Positions 38,012 through 47,557 of a stretch of 64,000 bases of DNA are shown in pieces (position 1 is the stretch's first letter; each line of letters begins with the position of its first letter). This DNA is from a virus (taxonomy: Duplodnaviria; Caudoviricetes). Both the position numbers and the translations under genes were made by a program. The notes beneath the pieces were generated by a model that was not told the origin of the DNA, searched no databases, and saw only the letters and a program-made list of their open reading frames with translations. The stretch is from IMG/VR virus record IMGVR_UViG_3300022752_000016. One strand, 5' to 3'.

Positions 38012-38379
38012 TTAAGAATATTATAGGTGGTTCAGGAATCACTGTAGCGGGAGGGAATAGTTCGTATCCACATGTAAATATGAGTAATCCTAGTGCAGGT
38101 ATGGTTCGGTATAATGGCAATAATCAAACGTTTGAAGTTTATGATGGATCATCTTGGCTTAGCGTAACAGGTAATTATACCCAAATTGAACTAGATAATG
38201 ATACAAAAACTTTGATTAATTGGGCTAAAGCTAAACGTGCTGAAGAAGAATATTTAAAGAAAGAAGCAGAAAATAATCCAACAATTAAAGACTTAATCAA
38301 TCAACGCAATGATATTGACAAAAAAATAACAATGGTTAAAACATTAATAAAAAGTGAATGTAATGTTTGTGGGGTATAA
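38008..38379 (+). CDS. Hypothetical protein
   Basis: 123-aa coupled ORF. Confidence 0.7.
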   Translation: MIKNIIGGSGITVAGGNSSYPHVNMSNPSAGMVRYNGNNQTFEVYDGSSWLSVTGNYTQIELDNDTKTLINWAKAKRAEEEYLKKEAENNPTIKDLINQRNDIDKKITMVKTLIKSECNVCGV

Positions 38380-38388
38380 TAAAGTCTA

Positions 38389-39924
38389 ATGCTTAAACAA
38401 GACAATCTTTCAAGTAAACATAATCCTGAATGGGCATTGTTTTTACCTGCTATTAGTAGTTTTTATATTAGTGGATTGGGCAAACAACGTGAGGGTGAAC
38501 AGTATTTTGACCCAGCACGTATACCAATTGGTTTTAATAATGATGTTGAATGCTTAAATTTTCTTAACAGTAAACAAGGATTGTTTACATACAAATGGGG
38601 ATTATATAGTGCTGGCCATGCCAATCTTGATACTAGTGTTATTGATAATGCTGAAAGCATTATAAGAAAACGTGAGAAGGGTACTTTCTTGTTAGGTGAT
38701 AGTGGTGGCTTTCAGATTATGAAAGGCCAATGGCCTGCTGATTGGAAAGATATAAACTGTCCTAAAGCTATGAAACAACGACAAAAGGTGTTAAATTGGA
38801 TGGACACATACATGGACTATGGAATGTGTTTAGATGTGCCAACACAAACACTACGTAACAAACACTTGTTAGATAAACATGGCATATCTACAATTGAAGA
38901 AGCAGTTAGGGCTACACATATCAATAATGAGTATTTTATCCAACATCGTAATGGCGAATGTAAATTTCTCAACGTACTACAAGGATTGAATCATAAACAA
39001 TCTGATGATTGGTACGATGAAATGAAGAAGTACTGTGACCCAAAAGTTTATCCTAAAAACTATTTTAATGGTTGGGCTTTTGGTGGACAGACGAAAATTG
39101 ACATACATCTTACATTAAAGCGTATGGTGAATATTATTCACGATGGTCTGCTTGAAGAAGGCAAACACGACCTTATACATTGTTTGGGTACAAGCATTTT
39201 AGAATATGCTGTATTGTTTAGTGATATTCAAAGAGCAATACGCAAATATCATAATCCAAAATTACAAATTACTTTTGATTGTGCTAGCCCATTTTTTAGT
39301 GCTGCTAAAGGTCTTGCTTATTTCTACACTAATATTCAACATAACAAGAAATGGGCATACAGCATGGAGAAAACTGCTGAAAAGAAAAGCTATGCTAATG
39401 ATAGTCGCAAGTTTCGGGACGCTGTATTGCAAGATGGTATCCATAAGTTGTTTACAGATAGCCCTGTTACTGATAGAATGATGGTTCGTGATTTGTGTTA
39501 CAGAGGGCAAGGGTTTATTGGAGCACATGGAAAAGAAACTAAAACCAGTTGGGATACATTGAGTTATACGTTGTTACAGGCACATAATGTTTATCAACAT
39601 ATTGTAGCCGTACAAGAAGGCAATAGACAATATGATTCGGGTATTAAACCAAGTATGGTGTTAAGTCAATTTGATACAAAAGATTTCGGTAGTTTAGTTG
39701 ATGACATTTTTAGTCTAAAAGATAGAAAGAAAAGTTTAGCATTACTTGATAAGTACGATAGTTTTTGGACACAAATGAAGTCAGGTAGTCAAGGGTTTAG
39801 TGGTAAGAAAACAGTAAATGCAAGTACAATGTTTGATGAGTTATTTGAAGTAAGTGATGAACAATATGTTGATGAAGATAGTATTGACAGTGATGAATTA
39901 ATATCTGAAATGTTAGGAGAATAA
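38389..39924 (+). CDS. dpdA: tRNA-guanine-transglycosylase-like protein (DpdA-type DNA base-exchange enzyme)
   Basis: TGT motifs DSGGFQ, CLDVP, VLQG, GWAFGG, HCLG, FDCASP, HN; clustered with folE/queD/queE. Confidence 0.75.
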   Translation: MLKQDNLSSKHNPEWALFLPAISSFYISGLGKQREGEQYFDPARIPIGFNNDVECLNFLNSKQGLFTYKWGLYSAGHANLDTSVIDNAESIIRKREKGTFLLGDSGGFQIMKGQWPADWKDINCPKAMKQRQKVLNWMDTYMDYGMCLDVPTQTLRNKHLLDKHGISTIEEAVRATHINNEYFIQHRNGECKFLNVLQGLNHKQSDDWYDEMKKYCDPKVYPKNYFNGWAFGGQTKIDIHLTLKRMVNIIHDGLLEEGKHDLIHCLGTSILEYAVLFSDIQRAIRKYHNPKLQITFDCASPFFSAAKGLAYFYTNIQHNKKWAYSMEKTAEKKSYANDSRKFRDAVLQDGIHKLFTDSPVTDRMMVRDLCYRGQGFIGAHGKETKTSWDTLSYTLLQAHNVYQHIVAVQEGNRQYDSGIKPSMVLSQFDTKDFGSLVDDIFSLKDRKKSLALLDKYDSFWTQMKSGSQGFSGKKTVNASTMFDELFEVSDEQYVDEDSIDSDELISEMLGE

Positions 39925-39926
39925 TC

Positions 39927-40133
39927 ATGCCATATCGTGAACAAATACGTAGATTGACAGAAACCCATCGTGTGTTAGATGACCAAGTAAAACATTTAGA
40001 AATGATTGGCGCAGATAAAATGCGTATTAACGAACTCAAAAGGCGAAAACTTATGTTTAAAGACGAACTTTCAAGATTACATAGGTTGCAATGGGAAGAA
40101 GATCATGATAGAATCAACCTCGACGATAGATAA
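39927..40133 (+). CDS. Small coiled-coil protein (DUF465/YdcH-like)
   Basis: HRVLDDQV...LKRRKLMFKDEL. Confidence 0.6.
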   Translation: MPYREQIRRLTETHRVLDDQVKHLEMIGADKMRINELKRRKLMFKDELSRLHRLQWEEDHDRINLDDR

Positions 40134-40299
40134 TTCAAATTTAAAATTTTTTGCTGAAGATACAGAAATGCTACGTATAACAAGAGATGGGTTTTACGTT
40201 CGAGGTGTTAAACTTGAGCAAGATGAAAAAGAAGCAGAAAATGTATATGAAGCCTTTCATCAATGGTTAACATGGGCTATACTTACCAGGAATTATTAA
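40105..40299 (+). CDS. Hypothetical protein
   Basis: ATG 40105. Confidence 0.6.
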   Translation: MIESTSTIDNSNLKFFAEDTEMLRITRDGFYVRGVKLEQDEKEAENVYEAFHQWLTWAILTRNY

Positions 40300-40300
40300 A

Positions 40301-40759
40301 ATGGATCAAAGACAAATAATGTTACAAGATAAAATTAATCGTATAAAACAAGAAGCCAAACGTATGATTTGGGTAACTTTTCGTAAAGAAGGTATTCATA
40401 AATACCCAGCAGCTAGTGAAGATCCTAAGCTGAAAACAGGAGATGAGTATGACGTTTCGTTTTTGGGTTACCCTCATAGGCATATATTTCATTTTACCGT
40501 TGGTATTGAAGTATTTCACAACGATAGAGATATTGAATTTATACAATTCAAACGTTGGCTTGAACGATTGTATTCTGGCAACCAAGGTGTATTGTCGTTA
40601 GATTATAAAAGCTGCGAAATGATTAGCGATGACTTATACGTTACAATTGCTAATCGTTATCCAGAACGTGATGTCCATATCACTGTTAGTGAAGATGGCG
40701 AGAATGGCGCCACAATTTGTTACAACACAACTAAACCTAGCCTATCAATTAAAATATAA
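40301..40759 (+). CDS. QueD-like T-fold protein (candidate DpdL-type CDG decarboxylase)
   Basis: LGYPHRHIF (LxxxHRHxF), IEFIQFKR, SCEMI, VSEDGENG. Confidence 0.6.
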   Translation: MDQRQIMLQDKINRIKQEAKRMIWVTFRKEGIHKYPAASEDPKLKTGDEYDVSFLGYPHRHIFHFTVGIEVFHNDRDIEFIQFKRWLERLYSGNQGVLSLDYKSCEMISDDLYVTIANRYPERDVHITVSEDGENGATICYNTTKPSLSIKI

Positions 40760-40768
40760 AGGAAAATA

Positions 40769-40972
40769 ATGGCAAAAGTAAACTTTAAAAATAGTTCAAC
40801 ATATAACAAAATCTTTGAAGATTTAGAGAAGTATTTAGAATTTTGTAGAGAGTATGGGTACACATTTAATGAATCAGACCTATATACTAATAGGAGCAAT
40901 TCATATCGTAATTACCAAAAACATATTACAGGTAAACCAGTAAAAAATATGTGGGAAACAGATGGAAAATAA
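40769..40972 (+). CDS. Hypothetical protein
   Basis: 67-aa ORF with AAGGA RBS. Confidence 0.65.
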   Translation: MAKVNFKNSSTYNKIFEDLEKYLEFCREYGYTFNESDLYTNRSNSYRNYQKHITGKPVKNMWETDGK

Positions 40973-41750
40973 TCAATATACTGTTGTATTAGTTACAGGT
41001 GGGTTTGACCCTATCCATAGTGGTCATATCGCTTACTTTAAAGCAGCAAAAGAATTAGGGCATCAATTAGTTGTTGGCCTAAATAGTGATGAATGGTTAG
41101 CTAGGAAAAAAGGTAGACCATTTATGCCATTGGCAGAACGTGCTGCTATTATTAGTGAATTACGTGTTGTAGATGGTTATATAACTTTTGATGATAGCGA
41201 TAATTCTGCTAAAAATGCAATTAAATATTGTCTAGAAAATACATTTAATAATGAGCGTATTATATTCGCTAACGGTGGGGATAGAACACAAGAAAATATT
41301 CCTGAAATGGAGATTGTAGATCCCAGACTAGAATTTTGGTTTAATGTTGGTGGCGATAACAAAATGAATTCTAGTAGTTGGATATTACAAGAATGGAAGG
41401 CTCCCAAAACAAATAGACAATGGGGTTATTATCGTGTATTACATGAAGATGGTCCTAATGTAAAACTTAAAGAACTAACAGTAGAACCAGGTAAAAGTTT
41501 AAGTATGCAGAAGCATAATAAACGTAGTGAGTTTTGGTTCGTTAGTAAAGGTGAGGCTACTGTTAATACATTAAACTCAAAAAGTGATGTAGAACAATTA
41601 GGTGTTTATAATAAACATGAACATTTATTTGTACCAAACGAACGTTGGCATCAATTATGTAATAATGGATCAGAACCATTAAAACTTATTGAAATCCAAT
41701 ATGGTGAACAATGTATTGAAGATGATATTGAAAGAAAAACACAAACATGA
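40962..41750 (+). CDS. Cytidylyltransferase (RfaE-II-like) fused to a mannose-6-phosphate-isomerase-type cupin
   Basis: GGFDPIHSGH, GLNSDEWLARKKGRP; RQWGYY...VEPGKSLSMQKHNKRSEFW. Confidence 0.85.
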   Translation: MENNQYTVVLVTGGFDPIHSGHIAYFKAAKELGHQLVVGLNSDEWLARKKGRPFMPLAERAAIISELRVVDGYITFDDSDNSAKNAIKYCLENTFNNERIIFANGGDRTQENIPEMEIVDPRLEFWFNVGGDNKMNSSSWILQEWKAPKTNRQWGYYRVLHEDGPNVKLKELTVEPGKSLSMQKHNKRSEFWFVSKGEATVNTLNSKSDVEQLGVYNKHEHLFVPNERWHQLCNNGSEPLKLIEIQYGEQCIEDDIERKTQT

Positions 41751-41914
41751 TTGATAAAGTATTTTGGGGTTCTATCATAGTGTTTTTTTGTATTGCTATT
41801 GTTTTAGTAATACAAGGTATACACGATCTAGATGAGTATATTAGTAACTGTAAAGGGCTAGTTGTTAAAACTCCAGATGGCTGGGTTTGTTCTAATGCAC
41901 AAAAGGTTAATTAA
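41747..41914 (+). CDS. Small membrane protein (55 aa, not in ORF track)
   Basis: MIDKVFWGSIIVFFCIAIVLVIQG...; coupled at both ends. Confidence 0.6.
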   Translation: MIDKVFWGSIIVFFCIAIVLVIQGIHDLDEYISNCKGLVVKTPDGWVCSNAQKVN

Positions 41915-43089
41915 TGCGTAAACTATATTATATGGGATTGGAGCCTTATAAAGCACGTTATACATTACAATTACAAGAATGGAATCGTAGTGTATTTGAA
42001 CGCAGGCGTATAAACTATCATATGGTTGAAGGAAAAACCTTAGGCAATGATAAAGCTATAGTAATAGGACAAGTCTTAGATGCACATGGTAGGACATACT
42101 TTGGAATGAGCCAACTTATGAACTTAGTTCATTTAATGAAATTAGGACAGGTTACCTCTAATGATGTAATTTATTTTGAGGATATGTTTCAGCCAGGCAT
42201 AGAAAGTTTACCCTATATTTTAAATCAAATAGAAAAAAGACATAAGCCTAAGATATTTGTACGTTGTTTGGCACAAAGTATTGATCCAGATGACTTTGTA
42301 CATGTATGGGGCATGAGTAAATGGATGGGTCATTATGAAAAAATGGTAGATAGTTTTGTAGATGGTGTACTAGCAAGTAATGAAGAAATGGTAGCACATA
42401 TGAAGATTGCTGGTTGGACTAGTCCTATCTATAATATATCTGGATTGGCATTCGGTAAAGTAGAAGTTCAAAATAGAGTAAATAGTATTAAGCCCTTTGA
42501 TGAAAGGGCGATGCGTGTAGTTTTTTCAGCGAGATGGGATCAGGAAAAACAGCCTGACTTTTACATGGACCTGATTGAAGCTTGGCACAATATTGAAGGA
42601 CTTCCAAAGGTTGAATTTGCAGTGTGTAGTGGAAGTAAGCTACGGTCAAATAATCAAAGTTATATGGAACGCACATACAAATTAGTTGATGAAGGTAAAC
42701 TTAAGTTATATGAAGATTTAGAAAAAAACGATTATTATAATATTCTTAATGATAGTCGTTGTGTGTTTAACTGTGCGTTACAAGATTGGGTCAGTAATAC
42801 AGTAAGTGAGGCTGATGCATTAGGATGTAATGTTTTATACCCTGCATATCGTAGTTTTCCTGAAACCTTCTCCAACGACGCCTCTAGACTATATGTTCCA
42901 TGGTCTATCAAAGATGCTATACTTAAATTAATTCCATTACTAGAAAATCCACATAAAGATATTGGAAAAATTAGTGATTATACTGATAAAACAATAGATA
43001 GAATTTGTGATATACTTGAAGGTAATGGTAAACAATATTTACGTATGGAAGTAGATTATCGCAAACATAATAGGGAATATAAATTTTAA
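41914..43089 (+). CDS. Glycosyltransferase (GT-B/GT4-like)
   Basis: FSARWDQEKQP, WVSNTVSEADALGCNVLYP. Confidence 0.75.
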   Translation: MRKLYYMGLEPYKARYTLQLQEWNRSVFERRRINYHMVEGKTLGNDKAIVIGQVLDAHGRTYFGMSQLMNLVHLMKLGQVTSNDVIYFEDMFQPGIESLPYILNQIEKRHKPKIFVRCLAQSIDPDDFVHVWGMSKWMGHYEKMVDSFVDGVLASNEEMVAHMKIAGWTSPIYNISGLAFGKVEVQNRVNSIKPFDERAMRVVFSARWDQEKQPDFYMDLIEAWHNIEGLPKVEFAVCSGSKLRSNNQSYMERTYKLVDEGKLKLYEDLEKNDYYNILNDSRCVFNCALQDWVSNTVSEADALGCNVLYPAYRSFPETFSNDASRLYVPWSIKDAILKLIPLLENPHKDIGKISDYTDKTIDRICDILEGNGKQYLRMEVDYRKHNREYKF

Positions 43090-43167
43090 ATAAATAATTT
43101 TAATGTAAATAATTGTGACTAAAACCTTTAGTCAAGTCTATATATCCGTGTAAGGAAGGATTAAAAA

Positions 43168-43848
43168 ATGAGTTATAATAAAACTAAAACAGACCCTGAA
43201 TTGGGTAAAAGAGTAAATGAGTACTTAGTAAAAATGGGCGTACAAACTCCCGCAGCGAAATCAAGACACGATAGAAAAACTCAAATTGAATTAATAGAGC
43301 AAAATTTTACTGCTATTATGAACATCTTAGGATTGGATCTACATGATGATAGTTTAGCTGAAACTCCAAAACGTGTAGCAAAAATGTATGTAAATGAAAT
43401 ATTTTGGGGTTTAGACTATGAAGCTTTTCCTAAATGTACCACAGTAAATAATAAAATGAAGTATAATGAAATGGTGGTAGAAAGAAATGTATCAGTTCAG
43501 AGCAATTGTGAGCATCATTTTGTGGTTATTGACGGTCTTGCTACTGTGGCATATGTACCTAAGGATAGAGTATTGGGTCTTAGCAAAATCAACAGAATTG
43601 TGGAGTATTTTAGTAAACGCCCTCAAATTCAAGAACGTTTAACAGAACAAATTTTTCATACATTACAATATATTCTTGATACAGAAGATGTTGCTGTTAT
43701 GATTGATGCACAACATTACTGTGTAAAAAGCAGAGGTGTTGAGGATACAGGTAGTAGTACTGTAACAAGTCGTTTGGGTGGTGGATTTAAAAATGATGTT
43801 GCTGTGCGTAATGAATTTTACAGTATTGCAAGGAGTTCATCTAAATGA
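43168..43848 (+). CDS. folE: GTP cyclohydrolase I
   Basis: ETPKRVAKM, SNCEHH, GLSKINR, RPQIQERLT, HYCVKSRG. Confidence 0.96.
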   Translation: MSYNKTKTDPELGKRVNEYLVKMGVQTPAAKSRHDRKTQIELIEQNFTAIMNILGLDLHDDSLAETPKRVAKMYVNEIFWGLDYEAFPKCTTVNNKMKYNEMVVERNVSVQSNCEHHFVVIDGLATVAYVPKDRVLGLSKINRIVEYFSKRPQIQERLTEQIFHTLQYILDTEDVAVMIDAQHYCVKSRGVEDTGSSTVTSRLGGGFKNDVAVRNEFYSIARSSSK

Positions 43849-44012
43849 GTTGTAATATCTGTAAAAAAGAGTATAGTCCCAATTGTGATTATAATCAGGG
43901 TAGATGCCCACATCATAGGCCTTTAATAACAAATCCTTATCCATTATGGTTAATAATTTTATTTGTAGCAGTTGTACTATTTTATAGTACTGGGAATAAT
44001 TATGGGTTTTAA
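43845..44012 (+). CDS. Small Cys-rich membrane protein (55 aa, not in ORF track)
   Basis: MSCNICKKEYSPNCDYNQGRCPHH plus a hydrophobic helix; coupled start. Confidence 0.5.
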   Translation: MSCNICKKEYSPNCDYNQGRCPHHRPLITNPYPLWLIILFVAVVLFYSTGNNYGF

Positions 44013-44235
44013 AAAACCTGAATTGCAAACTGCAACAGACATTATTTTTCAAGCTATATATGAAACTCATAGTAAATACAACGATGGTTTTACCCAGTTT
44101 GAAATTAAAAAAGATTTATATAAGCTTAAGTGGATAATGGATGATTATTTTAAAAAAGCAGATAAGTTTCAAGGGGAAGATGAATGGGTTGAAAAGATAT
44201 TACAACAAAGAGTATGGGAGTTACTTAAAAAATGA
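44002..44235 (+). CDS. Hypothetical protein
   Basis: ATG 44002. Confidence 0.6.
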   Translation: MGFKKPELQTATDIIFQAIYETHSKYNDGFTQFEIKKDLYKLKWIMDDYFKKADKFQGEDEWVEKILQQRVWELLKK

Positions 44236-45071
44236 CAGAGAAAATATTAATAATGGGACTACCAGGTTCGGGTAAAACATATTTTGCAGAACGTTTAAAA
44301 AAATATTTAGAGATAAATGGAGAAAAGTCTTTATCCAAAATTGATTCGGATCGCCCTTATCCAATGCTTAATGTAAAAGTAGATTGGTTTAACGCAGATG
44401 ATATACGTAAAAAATTTAATGATTGGGACTTTAGTAAAGAAGGTAGAATCCGTCAAAGTTTGCGTATGGCAGAATTTGCAATTCGTTGTAATGGGGAATA
44501 TGTAATTTGTGATTTTGTTGCTCCTTTACCTGAAATGAGAAATAATTTTAAAGCTGATTGGACCATATGGATGGATACAATTGATAAAGGTCGGTATAAA
44601 GATACGAACAAAGCATTTGTGCCCCCTGACATTTATGATTTTCGAATTAATGAACAAAATTGTGAACGTTGGGTACCTTATGTTGGTGAAATGATTATTA
44701 GGAAAAAGCGTAGACCAATCTTTGATTGGCGTAAAGAAACAGTGCAAATGTTAGGTCGTTGGCAACCATGGCATCTTGGGCATCGTGCTTTGTTTGAACG
44801 CTTGCTAAGTAAGACAGGACAAGTTATAATACAAATACGTGATGTACAAGGATGGCAAAATAGTAACCCGTTTAGTGTTGAAGAAGTTAAAAATTATATA
44901 AAACGTGATTTAGATCCATTATATCAAGGTCAATATGAGATTATGTTAGTTCCAAATATTGTACACATTGGTTGGGGCCGGGGAGTAGGATATACAAGTG
45001 GAGAAGAACTTTTTGATGAAGAAATAACAAAAATAAGTGCAACAGAAATAAGGAAACAACTTGGTTTATAG
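44232..45071 (+). CDS. Adenylylsulfate-kinase-like domain fused to a HxGH nucleotidyltransferase domain
   Basis: GLPGSGKT, NADDIR, FSKEGRIRQ, CDFVAP; LGRWQPWHLGH, NPF. Confidence 0.75.
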   Translation: MTEKILIMGLPGSGKTYFAERLKKYLEINGEKSLSKIDSDRPYPMLNVKVDWFNADDIRKKFNDWDFSKEGRIRQSLRMAEFAIRCNGEYVICDFVAPLPEMRNNFKADWTIWMDTIDKGRYKDTNKAFVPPDIYDFRINEQNCERWVPYVGEMIIRKKRRPIFDWRKETVQMLGRWQPWHLGHRALFERLLSKTGQVIIQIRDVQGWQNSNPFSVEEVKNYIKRDLDPLYQGQYEIMLVPNIVHIGWGRGVGYTSGEELFDEEITKISATEIRKQLGL

Positions 45072-45072
45072 T

Positions 45073-45747
45073 ATGTGGGAAAATATAAAATTACCATTGG
45101 TAATACTTTCTAGTCCAAGATCTGGTTCTACTGTTTTACTAGACACTATTCGTAATTATTTAAATGACAATAATGTAAATTTTACAGACATAGGCAGTGA
45201 ACCAATTACACATGAAGATCGGTCTTTTGAACGTTATGAAAAATTAAACCACAATTTAACAACAAATAATTTCATTTGTAAACTTCATGTTTTTCAACTT
45301 AAAACAATTTATCCAATGTTTTTTTTTGATAATATACTTCAAGGAAAATACTTTTTAATAAGGATTAGGAGAAAAAATATTGCAGAACAATTAGTAAGTC
45401 TTTACATAAGTCATGTGTATGGAGAAAAAGAAATTTTCCAAAATTCAAAAGAATCAAATAAAAAATACATTGAAAATAAAAAAATTCCAATTGATAAATT
45501 TATTATGGAACAAGTAATAATACGTGGCATGCACCATATACATCTTTTAGAAAATTTTAATTGTAAATTTGATTTAGATTTATGGTACGAGGATATAATA
45601 TTCAACTCAAAGAAGTATTACAAACCAAAACCTCCTAGTAATTATAAAGAATTAGTTGATAGAGTTAGTAACATTGTACAAGATAAAACTTTTGACTCGT
45701 TAATAAAAACTATAAAAGTTCATCCATTGACCCTTAAATCGACATAA
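45073..45747 (+). CDS. Sulfotransferase (Stf0-like)
   Basis: 5'-PSB loop ILSSPRSGST; RRKNIAEQLVS; WYED. Confidence 0.75.
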   Translation: MWENIKLPLVILSSPRSGSTVLLDTIRNYLNDNNVNFTDIGSEPITHEDRSFERYEKLNHNLTTNNFICKLHVFQLKTIYPMFFFDNILQGKYFLIRIRRKNIAEQLVSLYISHVYGEKEIFQNSKESNKKYIENKKIPIDKFIMEQVIIRGMHHIHLLENFNCKFDLDLWYEDIIFNSKKYYKPKPPSNYKELVDRVSNIVQDKTFDSLIKTIKVHPLTLKST

Positions 45748-45750
45748 AAA

Positions 45751-46425
45751 ATGTTTACCAATTTAAAATTACCTATTGTTATACTTTCTAGTCCAAGATC
45801 TGGTTCTAATGTTCTTTATGATACTATTTGTAATTATTTAAGTGATAATAAAATACACTATGTTGGTACAGGAGTTGAACCTTTATTATTTGATAATTAT
45901 AATGATACAAAAAGTTTAAAAAAGTTTGATGAAATAATAGCAACGAACAATTTTGTAACAAAAATTCATGCTATACATTTAAAAAAGTTATACCCTAATT
46001 ATTTTGTACAAAATATTTTGCAAAAAAAATATACCATTGTTAGGATAAGACGAAGAAATATAATTGAACAATTAATTAGTCTATACATTTGCACACTTAT
46101 TGATATTATCAATAAAGGAGATGAACTTATTTGGTCAAACACTAAAAAAAGTAATAGATTGATTGAAGATAAAAAAATTCCCATTTATGAAGATGTTTTA
46201 AAAAAGGTTATAAATTATGGAATATTAGCAATAACATACTGTGAAAATTTTAATTACAATTTTGATTTAGACTTATATTATGAAGATTTATCGTTTAATT
46301 CAAAAAAACACTTTAAACCAACAAAAAAACCTAGTAACTATGAAGAATTGCACACAATTTTTAGCGATCATTTAGCAAAAATTGATTTTAAACAGAACAA
46401 CGATATATTAAATACCCTTTTATGA
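45751..46425 (+). CDS. Sulfotransferase (Stf0-like), tandem paralog
   Basis: ILSSPRSGSN; RRRNIIEQLIS; YYED. Confidence 0.75.
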   Translation: MFTNLKLPIVILSSPRSGSNVLYDTICNYLSDNKIHYVGTGVEPLLFDNYNDTKSLKKFDEIIATNNFVTKIHAIHLKKLYPNYFVQNILQKKYTIVRIRRRNIIEQLISLYICTLIDIINKGDELIWSNTKKSNRLIEDKKIPIYEDVLKKVINYGILAITYCENFNYNFDLDLYYEDLSFNSKKHFKPTKKPSNYEELHTIFSDHLAKIDFKQNNDILNTLL

Positions 46426-46622
46426 TGAATTCAAAAGATAATAGTATTATACTACGAATGTCGGAACTAATGAAACCTATTGATAAACAAATAATGATGA
46501 CGAATGATGATAAAGAATTACTTATGCTGGCGTGTGCTATGTTACAACGTGTAACAGAAATATTTGATAACACATTAACAGTAACTGGAAGAAAAAAAAT
46601 GTTTAGCGATTTGATTAAATAG
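46422..46622 (+). CDS. Hypothetical protein
   Basis: 66-aa coupled ORF. Confidence 0.65.
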   Translation: MMNSKDNSIILRMSELMKPIDKQIMMTNDDKELLMLACAMLQRVTEIFDNTLTVTGRKKMFSDLIK

Positions 46623-46701
46623 TATTAGTGGTCTAAGGCATTCATCCCACTTTAAATATTCTGCATGTCATCAAACTTACTCAGCTTAAAGGAGGCAAGA
46701 G

Positions 46702-47172
46702 GTGGCAAAATTTATTTCAACAAAAACATATAACCAAATCGGTCCAGTGGCATATCGTCAATGGCGTGCGGATAGTCATTGTAATTTGATACATGGATAT
46801 GCATTGAGTTTTCATTTTGAATTTGAAAGTGAAACGCTTGATGCTAGAAACTGGGTAGTAGATTTTGGTAGTCTTAAACCTTTAAAAGGATTATTGGAAG
46901 AATGGTTCGATCATACGCTACTAGTAGCAGAAGATGATCCTATGAAAAATGAATTATCTAGATTGGGAGAATTGGGACTAGCAAAAATTACAATGGTAGA
47001 ACGAACAGGGTGTGAAGGTATTGCTGATTGGTTATACGAATACATTAATACTTGTTGGTTAAAAGATTATGGGTATGATGAAAGAGTGTGGTGTTGTAAA
47101 GTGGAAGTAAGAGAGACTGATGCTAACATGGCAATGCGTGTTGGAAGTAGGTCAGATAATGAATTCGTTTAA
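46702..47172 (+). CDS. queD: 6-carboxy-5,6,7,8-tetrahydropterin synthase
   Basis: SHCNLIHGY, WVVDFGSLK, FDHTLL, VEVRETDAN; GTG start with AAAGGAGG RBS. Confidence 0.85.
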   Translation: MAKFISTKTYNQIGPVAYRQWRADSHCNLIHGYALSFHFEFESETLDARNWVVDFGSLKPLKGLLEEWFDHTLLVAEDDPMKNELSRLGELGLAKITMVERTGCEGIADWLYEYINTCWLKDYGYDERVWCCKVEVRETDANMAMRVGSRSDNEFV

Positions 47173-47183
47173 AAAGGAAACAA

Positions 47184-47555
47184 ATGAATAAAGTTTTATC
47201 AGACCAAAAGCAGTTTATGACAGCTTGTGGTCAAACAGTAGATACATATAATTTAGAGCAATTCAATTTGTATAAATCATTAATTGGAGAAGAAGTAGGT
47301 GAACTCATTCATGCTTGTCAACTAAATGACAGAGTAGAACAATTAGATGCACTTATTGATATTTTAGTTGTTACGGCAGGAGCAATACATAGTTTAGGGG
47401 TTGATGGTGAAGCTGCTTGGAACGAAGTTATGCGAACAAATTTTGCAAAAGTTGACCCAGTTACTGGAAAAGTACGCCGTCGTGAAGATGGTAAAATTCT
47501 TAAACCTGATGGTTGGACACCACCACAACTACAATCATTTGTAAAAAATATTTAA
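47184..47555 (+). CDS. MazG-like/all-alpha NTP pyrophosphohydrolase
   Basis: LIGEEVGEL...LDALIDILVV...NFAK...REDGKILKP. Confidence 0.85.
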   Translation: MNKVLSDQKQFMTACGQTVDTYNLEQFNLYKSLIGEEVGELIHACQLNDRVEQLDALIDILVVTAGAIHSLGVDGEAAWNEVMRTNFAKVDPVTGKVRRREDGKILKPDGWTPPQLQSFVKNI

Positions 47556-47557
47556 TT

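Noticed and set aside
43090-43167. preQ1 or folate riboswitch upstream of folE
   Set aside because: AT-rich gap with no class I preQ1 consensus and no convincing stem
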